A stretch of 42,974 nucleotides of DNA from Guillardia theta CCMP2712 (Eukaryota > Protista > Cryptophyta): assembly GCF_000315625.1 (NCBI RefSeq), contig NW_005434432.1, positions 10,216 through 53,189 of the forward strand, read 5' to 3'. The position numbers and the translations under genes were made by a program. Under the pieces are notes generated by a model that saw nothing but the letters and a program-made list of their open reading frames with translations, searched no databases and was not told where the DNA came from. Of this stretch, positions 33,769-42,974 are shown piece after piece; the first letter of the stretch is position 1, and each line of letters begins with the position of its first letter.

Positions 33769-35828
33769 ATGTTTGAGGTTGCGAGGAGCAAACAAGCGCT
33801 ACATGTATCAACAGCTCCCGCCTCCAATGACAGGTGAGCCTCTTCAAACTAGTCTGGAATGGGAAAATACCTAGACGAGGCTTGTACACTAGAAGAGGCT
33901 CGTGAAACTGACGATGCTGGCAGTCTGCGAGGGGACGTATGAGAAGTTTGACATCGACAACTTCACATACAACGAGACGATCAGTGAGGTCAGCTCGATC
34001 TTTCTCTTCCTCTGCTCCTAGAGCTACTCCCGTTGCATGCCTGTGCTGCCATCAAGCTGACTTACAGTGAAGCTTCGGACCGACGACATGGAAATGCCAA
34101 TCTTAAGCATGTTAGTCACCAGGGCGAAAGAAGGGGGAGAAGAGCTCTTGGTGAGGGATGACTGAGATGATGATGATGAGACGATGTTGGTGACGAGAGA
34201 GAGGATGATGTTGGGATAGGAGACATTATGATGATATATGTGTGCATTGATGGACGCAAGTGAGGGAACATGCTGAATGTCTTCACAGGTGACAGGAGAC
34301 GGTGAAGGTCGCATCCGAGTGTGGGAAACGGAGACTTGGAAGCAGCTCGTGCAGTTTGCCGGGCATCGCTGCGGCGTGACGACGATGATCGTTGCGGAGA
34401 CAGGTCAGATCATTAGCGGCGGAGCAGACAACGACATCTGGAGTTGGAACCTCCTCTCCTTCAAGGGCGAAAAGTTGATCGCTGGAGTCCCTCCGGTACT
34501 TGACGTCCTCGTCCTATCTCCTCCCACTCTTCTCACTCACTTCTTGCCCAGATCGCCATGAACGCCTTCATGGACTTGAAGACTGCACTCACTGTCACAT
34601 GGAACGGACACGACGCTTCCATCTTCAGCCTCGGCCTGGTCAACGCGACGCGGGAAGGAGTGGAGGAGGCAGGAGGAGGAGACAGAAAGTTCGAGTGGAA
34701 GGGGAGTCTGGTCAGGACGAAGGAGGAGGTTGAGGGTGATGGAGGCTTCTTCCGGGCGCTAGTGAGTGGTGACTTCCACGGCAAGATCATGGTGAGGAGG
34801 GGAGGGGAGGGGAGTTGAGGGGAGTTGAGGGGAGGAGGGGAGAAGGGGAGGCTAGGTGAGTTGAGGGGAGGAGGGGAGGAGGGGAGTTCGAAATGGGAGC
34901 AATGAGAGAGAAGAAGGAACTCATGAAAGGCTGAGAGCAGGTGTGGGACACGCGGGTGAAGCCTCCTGAGCTAGTCGCTGAGCTGGACGATCACGCGGGC
35001 CCAGTGAGGAGAAAGGGAGGAGGAGGGAGGAGATGACGAGGGGGTGGACAGGTGCGAGTGCTGGAGGCTCAGGAAGAGAAGAACTTGTTGTTCTCTGCGG
35101 GGGAGGTGAAGTGGGGGTGAGGGTTTGTTTCCTGCTCATGCCATGCAGGACTGGGCGATCAATGTTTGGAGAACGGACACATTCAAGCTCGTGAGGAGGC
35201 TGATGGGTCACGGGGCTCCGGTAGGGAGGGAGGGAGGGAGGGAAGAATGGCGGAGGTGAAGATCAAGCAGGTCCGGTGCTTGAGGAGAGTTGGCGAGCTG
35301 TTGCTGAGCGGGTCCATGGATTGTTCGCTGAGAGGTGAGGACGGTCGTCTGCCCTCGAGGTGACGCGAAAGCAGGATGGAACCTCCTGGCTGGTGGACAA
35401 CCGGTGGATCTAGCTCTCAACCATACCGGGTACTGCATCCTCCTCCGATGTTCAGCTGACCCTCAGGAAGGTGGGTGATGAACATGCACGTGGACGAGGC
35501 GCGGGAGCGGATTATCACCGGGTGAATATGGCGAGGGGTAGGAGGGGGAAGGGAAGGCTGAGAGGAGGAGCAGGTGTAGCGACGGTGGGGTCTACGTGTG
35601 GGACTTGAGTTCGCATGCGCTCCTCTCAGAGACTCCAAGTGAGTAGGAAAATGCTCCTTCTCCTCCTCACCTTGTGGCAGCTCATGACGGGTGGGTCCTT
35701 GCCCTGGCCATGGTGACCGGTACAGCATGCTCTTGATGATGGCAGGGACCTGACGGTGGGCAGGCGGACGAGTCGTCTCCTCCTCCAGCGAGCTTGATCT
35801 CGCCATTCGCCCGCTAGAGCTCTGCTAG
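33769..35828 (+). CDS. WD40-repeat protein, multi-exon
   Basis: VTGDGEGRIRVWETETWKQLVQFAGHRCGVTTM, IISGGADNDIWSWN, GHDASIFSL, LVSGDFHGKIM and LLLSGSMDCSLR. Confidence 0.85.
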
Positions 35829-35877
35829 CGACAAGCTTGACCAGTTTGATGCACCTTCATTCAACGATACCCTCTCC

Positions 35878-37946
35878 TTACGCGTCCACCCTCTTGACCT
35901 CCGCTCGGTCGCATCCTTTCACCAACTCAGAAACCAGCAGGAGAGGCTGGCAGGGCAGCAGGAGCAGCAGGGCATTTGGTATGGGAAAGAAGTTGCGAAG
36001 CAAGGCCGAAAAAGGAGGAGGAGGAGGAGGAGGNNNNNNNNNNNNNNNNNNNNNNNNNNNNNNNNNNNNNNNNNNNNNNNNNNNNNNNNNNNNNNNNNNN
36101 NNNNNNNNNNNNNNNNNNNNNNNNNNNNNNNNNNNNNNNNNNNNNNNNNNNNNNNNNNNNNNNNNNNNNNNNNNNNNNNNNNNNNNNNNNNNNNNNNNNN
36201 NNNNNNNNNNNNNNNNNNNNNNNNNNNNNNNNNNNNNNNNNNNNNNNNNNNNNNNNNNNNNNNNNNNNNNNNNNNNNNNNNNNNNNNNNNNNNNNNNNNN
36301 NNNNNNNNNNNNNNNNNNNNNNNNNNNNNNNNNNNNNNNNNGCAGACGAACGACAAGCACGTGCCCCTCTCGAACTGCTCGGTGAAGACTGCTGTCTCCG
36401 TCCACTGCCCTCAAAGTCATGATGCCTCCCCTCCCCATCGCATTCTTCACCGTTATTCTGTGCGTTAACACAAGCACCATGCGCTAGAAGCAGCTGCGAG
36501 GTCCCTCAGGACTATCTTCCCTCCCTTTCTTCCCGCTACCTTAGCGCACTCAAGGTGTCCGGAGTTGGCGGCGAACAGCAGGGGAGTGTTTCCCTTGAGG
36601 GTCCGAGCATCCACGTCCGCCTGCTTGAGCTTGAGGGGAAGCAGAAGGGAGGAAAGGGAGGGAGGGAGGGAGGAAACATCTTAGCTGACCTTGGCCTCCA
36701 GCAGGGCTCGAGCTACCTCCACGTTCCCCTGGCATCTGGTGAGGATGCGAATCGAGAGATTCTGCCGCACCTGCGCCTTCACTGCAGCATGTAGAGCCGT
36801 GACACCAACGTGATCAGTCTGATATAAACTATCCTGATAGAGGTCGTTACCCTCCTCCTCCTCCTCCTCCTCCTCACCTCAAACCACCAGCACGGCAATA
36901 CAGCATGGTTCACGTCAGCCCTTCCTTGGAGTAGAAGTTTCACCATTTCTCCTCTCCCCTACGATATTGTCATTCTCTTCCTCCTCCTCCTCCTCCTCCT
37001 CCTCCTCCTCCTCCTCCTCCTTTCTTCCTCTACCTCGCCCGCTGCTATTGTTAGGGGTGGAAATACCCCTGTGTAAAAGTTGCAGTCCTAATCCATGATG
37101 AGATTTCGACGAGGAGAAGGAGGAGGAGGAGGAGGAGGAGGAGGAATGAGGGAGGAGAGAGGAAAGGCGGGAGGGGAGAAGACCAGAAGGGAAAAGAAGG
37201 AGAAATGAGGGTAATGGAGGCAGGGAGGGACGGGGACCATGACGGAGGAGGGAGGAAGAGGGAGTGGAGGAGGATGAGGACAAGGAGGACAAATCACCTT
37301 CCCACTCTTGACATAGCGCGAAACAAGTTGCACATTTTCAGTTCGAATTGCTAGCAGAAGGGATTCTGCCTTCCAGCAGAGCTGAAGACATTGACGGGTC
37401 AGACGGGAGGAGGTGACAAGATGTGAAGCAAAACAAGAGGATGGGGGTTGGGGTTAGGGTTGGGGATCAGGAGGAGGAGGAAGAGGAGGAGGAGGAGGAG
37501 GCAGGGATCACCTGTGCACATGCCCGACAGACTCTCACAGGCTGGAGGAAGTCGAACTTGGGGAGAGGTCGTTTCTCTCGGCAGCAGCTGGTGAGTACAA
37601 GGTGTCAGCAGCGCAGAAGCTTGAGAGCGGCGGGACCTAGCACAGAAGATATGACCGCAATGGCGGCAGTGATGTCTGCGGCAGCTTCACACGACCTCCT
37701 CCCATCCCTTCCTATCACCTTCTGAGGAGCAGAGTGAACCTGCTGTTGCAGCTCCTGCAGCAGCTACGAGCACAGCAGTTCAGAGCCTTGTCCCCTCTCC
37801 TCTCCTCTTCTACTCTGTGCTAGAGTCGTCGTCCCATGTCGGAGCCCCGTTGACGCTTGATGCCGCTGCCATGGCGTCAACACGAGGAGGCGACAAGTGA
37901 AGTTAATGACCTTGATAGATCCATCCCTTGCCCTGTCAGACAGCAT
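35878..37946 (-). CDS. Ankyrin-repeat protein, multi-exon, spans an N gap; ends approximate
   Basis: GVTALHAAVK, GNVEVARALLEAK, ADVDARTLKGNTPLLFAANSGHLECAK and DGDSSLHRAVREGHVLVVRL. Confidence 0.8.
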
Positions 37947-38580
37947 ACCCGTCACTCTTGATACATGTGACTAAGTAGAAGAAGAGAACAAACATTCCGA
38001 CTATCACTCTCTCCTCCCTCCCCCCCACCCCCGCCTGGGTGGGGGACCCATGAAAATGACCGGGTCCTCCCCACCCCAGTTGAGGAGGTTATCCGATGGT
38101 CATGGCGAGGATCAGCGAATTCTGAGGCGAACCCTAATCACCCACTTGGAGACGAAGTGGGGCAACTGCAGGACCTGAGAGGAGGGGAGGGGGAAGCTTG
38201 AAGGGGGATGCTCGACGGTTGTGCATCACAGAGCCTAGGCTGCAGGAAGGGGCCTCAAAAGTTTCGGGGGGGNNNNNNNNNNNNNNNNNNNNNNNNNNNN
38301 NNNNNNNNNNNNNNNNNNNNNNNNNNNNNNNNNNNNNNNNNNNNNNNNNNNNNNNNNNNNNNNNNNNNNNNNGAGGAGGAGGGGTTTAGGATGTGATGAT
38401 GAAGACTAGGAGGGGAGGAGGGGTAGAAGGAGGGGAGGGGAAGACGAGGAGAAGGGGAGTCGAAGTAAGGAGAAAGAAGAGGAGGACTGTCGAAAGTCTG
38501 CCATAAGGGGAAGAGCTGGAGGCGAAGGGGTAGAGGAAGGAGAAATAGCTGGGGAACTGCAGGCTGACTTGAGCTGGCAG

Positions 38581-40137
38581 AGTCTCAAGTACCTGGACTT
38601 CGCTTCGTCCCAGCGGAAGGTTCAGCTCCGTGACTTGATGAAGCATATCGAGGAGTTCGAGCGGAGCAGGTGAGCCTTCTCCTCCCCCAGCGACCTTCAG
38701 ACTCACTTGTGTAGAATCAACGACGAGGAAATGTTCTCGTCCGGTGAGAAGGGAGGAGAGTCGAGGTGGGAGGGGGAGAGAAAGGAGGAAGCGGGTTTGG
38801 GGGCGGGGCGGGGCTGGGGGGTGAGGGGGGAGAGCTGGAGGAAGAGGATGAGCTGGAGGAGGAGGAGGAGGAGGAGAGGAGGAGGAGGAGAGGAGGAGGA
38901 GAGGAGGAGGAGCTGGAGGAGGAGAGGCAGGTTCCGGTGGGCAGTGAGAGCAGCAGGTGCATGCCAAGTGACGTTGACGGTGACGAGATGAGGCAGATGA
39001 GGTGAAGCAGATCGTGAAGGATCTGTCGGAAGACCTCAAAACAGAGATGTTTGATCAGCTCCAGAGAGTGTCTCATCACACTGCGGTACCTGCAGCATCA
39101 GCTTCGACCGCGAGGAGCTGAAGGAGTTCGCAGGTTCTGTTGAGGCACGTCTTTCTGCAGGCAGAAGACAACAACATGCAGATGCTCGTCGATTTTGCGA
39201 GCTTGGAGGATGAGTAAGTCTGCTCCCCTCCCCCTCTGCTGTGCTCTGCTCGATTCCCTGCTGCTATGCTGTGCCGNNNNNNNNNNNNNNNNNNNNNNNN
39301 NNNNNNNNNNNNNNNNNNNNNNNNNNNNNNNNNNNNNNNNNNNNNNNNNNNNNNNNNNNNNNNNNNNNNNNNNNNNNNNNNNNNNNNNNNNNNNNNNNNN
39401 NNGGCAGCTACTTTCGCTGGCAGCCAAGATGAGGAAGCAGGGAGACAAGCTTGAGAGCTCGTTGGACCCCTCCTCCTTGCTCCCCCGCGTGTCGAACTCG
39501 AAGCTGCCGACGCTGGAGAGCAGCAAGCAACTTGATAGCTACGCGAGTGAGAACAGCAGCTTGAAGCAGAAGGTCGAAGACCTCGAGAAGCAGGTGAGGC
39601 CAGGAGGTGGAGAAAGAGGGGAAGCGAGGAGAGGGAGAAGTAGGAAGAGGGGGACGAGGAATGGGAGTCAAGGTAAAATCAAACTTTGAACATTTGGAGC
39701 AGATGGCGAGCATGCGTCAGAGTAGCGATGATTCCAAGGCGGTGAGTGACAGAGGATGGAGGGGGGGGGGGGTGAGGAGGAGGAGGAGGAGGAGGAGTCT
39801 GAGGACATGCAGGTGGATGTACGAGCAAAGGAGGAGGAGATTGCTGGTCTCAAGGCTACGCTGGAACAGCGACTGGATCAGGTGCTGGGTTGTGGGTGGT
39901 GAAGCCAGAGGAGGAGGAGGAGGAGAAGGGACGAGGAGGAGGAGAAGCGAGAGGATGGGGGATATCAAGAGGCGGAGGAGGCGGAGGAAGGAGTGCTGAA
40001 TCGCTTGACAGGCGCCACAATTTCGAGCTTTGAAGCAGATGCTACAGACGAAGAACGAGGAGATCAAGCAGCTGCGAGCTATCTTGACTGCTAATGGCTG
40101 GCAGGATCCTAACGTGGGGGAGGAAGAGGCTGCATAG
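38581..40137 (+). CDS. LZTFL1: Leucine zipper transcription factor-like 1 (BBS17) homologue; start lies upstream and is unresolved
   Basis: KYLDFASSQRKVQLR, DEVKQIVKDL, AEDNNMQMLVDFASLED and C-terminal QAPQFRALKQMLQTKNEEIKQLR parallel remembered LZTFL1 motifs (YMRFARSKR, AEKWYLKLQTDISELEN, YRNMKEILTKKNDQIKDLR). Confidence 0.7.
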
Positions 40138-40257
40138 CTCTATTCTTCCTCTTCATCTCCTTTCCTAGATATTTCCTTCATCTTTATCCTCTCCTCCTTC
40201 TGATACCCCCCTCCCTGCGTCTCTTCCCCAGCGGGCGAGCATCCTCCCGCCCCTCCT

Positions 40258-42974
40258 TCATCGACTCGCTTGTCGCAGCAGGGACCTGCTCTCTCCGTCA
40301 GCTCCTGGGCCTTGCCGTCTTCTCCTCACCTCCTCTCTCCCTTGCCCAGTCGCCGTCGCATCCACAGGAGGATCACGAAGGGCGAGAGCTGCAGGCGCGT
40401 CAGGCCAACCCCCACAACACAGGACAGACTCACCATGAGGACGCAGAAGGCGAGGGCGATCAGGGACCAGACGGCAGCTTGGAACAGAACCTTGCTCTTG
40501 TCCGCCTCCTCCTCGATCCCCTCCAGGTCTCCCGACCCCACATCGTAGGAAGGCTCTCGCAGCTGACGACTTGTCACGCTCCTCCGCTGCTCAACCTCTT
40601 CCTCCTCTCCCTTACCACGTCGACGTTCCTCGCCACCGTCCTCTTTCCTCCCTTCGTCTGTCTTGCACCCTCTGTCTGCAAGGGCCCCATCCTCACTCGC
40701 CTCGCGCTGCTCCTGCTGGTCTCTTCATCCTTGTCGTGAAGCTCCATGAGGCGAGGAGCCTGAAGCTCAACGGGGGAGGACAGTTCCTCGCACAGCATGG
40801 AGGAGAAGTTGCTGGGCATGCCTGCGACTTTCTTCCTCCTGTTGAGCACGAAGGATGGGGTCGTGGTGATCCCCATCCAGCTGGAGTATCCGTAGGAGGC
40901 GGCGACGAGCTGCTCGCCGTTGCCGTTGGCGCAGGAGACAAGCAGGTCGATGTCCATCGCTGCCTCTGACGCGCACTGGGAAGCGAGGAGGGGGATCTGA
41001 GAGACTGAGCGCAAGTGAGCAGGAGGAGAGGGTGAAGTGAGGATAGAAGATATAAAGATGGGGAGGAAATAACGGGAGGAGGGCGAGGAAGGGAAGGAGG
41101 AAGGGCAGAGGAGGTTCGAGGGCTACCGTTTCTGTCCATGCATGAGATGAATTTCACGTATTGGTAGTCACGTGCATAATGTTGTCTGGCGCAGAGCTCC
41201 AGTTTCTCCCCCGCCAGCTCTGACGCTCCATGGATCGCCTGTTCCACGTCAGCAAGGATCCTGGAGGAGCAGGAGGATGGGGAGGAGGATGAGGAGGAGG
41301 AACGTCCAATACCTTGAGGTTTGGCTCTTCGTAGCTCCCATCGTTCAGCCCCACCATATGCAGACGAAAGTCTAGCTGACCCTCAACTGTCCTCCCGTCT
41401 TGTTGGCACGTGAACTTGCAGTTGAGCTTCTCCTCCAGCTCCTGCAGCGCCTTCCCACACCAGGGGCACTTCCCCATGACGTACATGTCCAGCTGCAGGA
41501 CCTGCATGTGACCCCTGATGTCATCCTCCTTCCTCCTCCTTTCTCCCCCTCACCGGCTCTCCCTTGCGAGGAGGATCACAAGCAGCAGGGGGCTTGTCCT
41601 CCAGCGGCTGGTCGATGCCTCCTTCGATCTGCCAACGGGCTTGCACGTCGGCGATGAGCGCGAGGCGCATCGGCCGCGTCATGCAGTCGGGCTGGAGGTT
41701 GTCGCACACCCGATCTATCCTCATCTGCAGCTCCAGGTGAGGGCAGGGGGCAGCAGCAGAGCAGCGGGACCTGAGGGGAGGAGGAGGAGGAGCTGATGGG
41801 GAGAAGGAAGAGGGAGGCGTTGAGGCCAAACTCCCGCGGGAATATCGCGCGACTCCAGTCAGCCCGTCGGATGCCCCATGCGGTCACAACATTGTGAATC
41901 TTCCAGGCAAAGAGAATGGCGTCGTGCTTGGAGCGGAGGTGGGAGAGCTCGGCCTGCAGCTGCTCGTCGTGGTAGAAGGAGCGGAAGTGGCTCTTGCAGA
42001 CCGGGCAGGGGAACACGTGGTAGATCGAGTCGAAGATCGACCGGAAGGAGGCGAGGGCGCGAGCATCCGGCTGCTGGTCGAGGTAGACGCTGCTGGCATG
42101 GATGAAGGTCCAGAAGGCTCGGCCGAGCATGGTGCGGTCGGGGGGCAGGTCGCGAGCGTCCCTGCGGTCGAGGGGGTCGACGACGAGCCCATCCCTCATC
42201 CTCCACCTCGCGCTCGTCGCCTGCAGGACTTCGTCCTTCTCTGCTCGTCCCAAGTCTCCCAGATGCAGCTGAGGAGGAAGAGAGTGAGAGGAGCAGGAGG
42301 TGGAAGAGAACCGCACCCTTGCCGTCGCCCCGCGCTTGAAGCTGTCAACCCCTATGCCGAGGCTGCAAACATGACGATGAGGAGGAGAAGAGGGGGAGGA
42401 GCGAAGGGTGAGGACAGGCAGAGGAAGGGACAAGGAGGGGAGAGATGAACCTGGCAGGGAACGGGCTGCGGGAAGGAAAGGTCTCAGCCGAGATCATCTG
42501 TTGCGCGAGGTCAGGAGCACAAGGAGCAAGGAGAGGAGCTTGACGTTGTGTAGCTTCCACATGAAGAGCTGCGCGTCCTCAGCCTGCGGGGGAGAGTGAG
42601 AGGAACCGAACGAGAGGAGCGAAGCGAGTCATTTCACCGTCGACATGGTCGTGAACTCTTCCTTGACATCCGGCAAGTCCAGCAGAGCAGACACCAGAGC
42701 TCCTCCCTGCCCGCTCCTCACCCTCTCCTCCCACCACCGACCTCTGTCAGCCTTCACCTTCCCGGGATAGAGGTGCTTCACTGCAGTCACCAAGTCTTGG
42801 AACCCTGACGGCTGCGTCATGTGCGCGCGGGGAGAAGGCAGAGGAAGGCACCTTTGATCTCGTCCTCCTGCAGGTCTGCAGGGAGGTAGGCGGCGGTTGT
42901 GTGCAGCATCTGACATGCTCGTCACGACTGCTCGACTCCTCCCTCCCTCACCGTCCATGTCGCTCTCCCCAGCA
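40258..42974 (-). CDS. Pseudo-Erv + Erv/ALR sulfhydryl oxidase + GILT-like thioredoxin fold + TM protein; 5' end outside the window
   Basis: Erv: LGRAFWTFIH, FPCPVCKSHF, WKIHN. GILT: LDMYVMGKCPWC, IHGASELAGEKLELCA, FISCMD, TTTPSFVLN. C-terminal hydrophobic helix. Confidence 0.8.

Overview
Eukaryotic nuclear DNA with many short GT-AG introns and GGA/CCT microsatellite-rich introns. This looks like a cryptophyte-type alga, which is an inference. Three parts. (1) Bases 1-11075 are almost entirely nested, scrambled pieces of ONE non-LTR retrotransposon family (CRE-like: RT, CCHC knuckle, restriction-like endonuclease, about 250-nt 3' UTR ending ...TTCTGCCAGTAAATCC). About 15 3' termini occur in both orientations. 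Several have clear 4-8 bp target-site duplications, including a four-layer 'Russian doll', so the element repeatedly inserts into itself. No copy was seen in the remaining 32 kb; the cluster is a candidate centromeric or subtelomeric array. (2) Bases 11766-18220 (-) hold a divergent actin that, by phase-consistent splicing, appears fused to about 36 near-identical 28-aa coiled-coil repeats and an acidic linker, with a second mutated copy of the first actin exon. (3) Bases 19-43 kb are ordinary gene-dense DNA: a beta-helix-like protein, a GT49 glycosyltransferase, a CRC/tesmin protein, WD40 and ankyrin proteins, LZTFL1, and an unusual pseudo-Erv/Erv/GILT/TM fusion cut off by the window end. All family calls are from motif recognition by eye; no searches were run.
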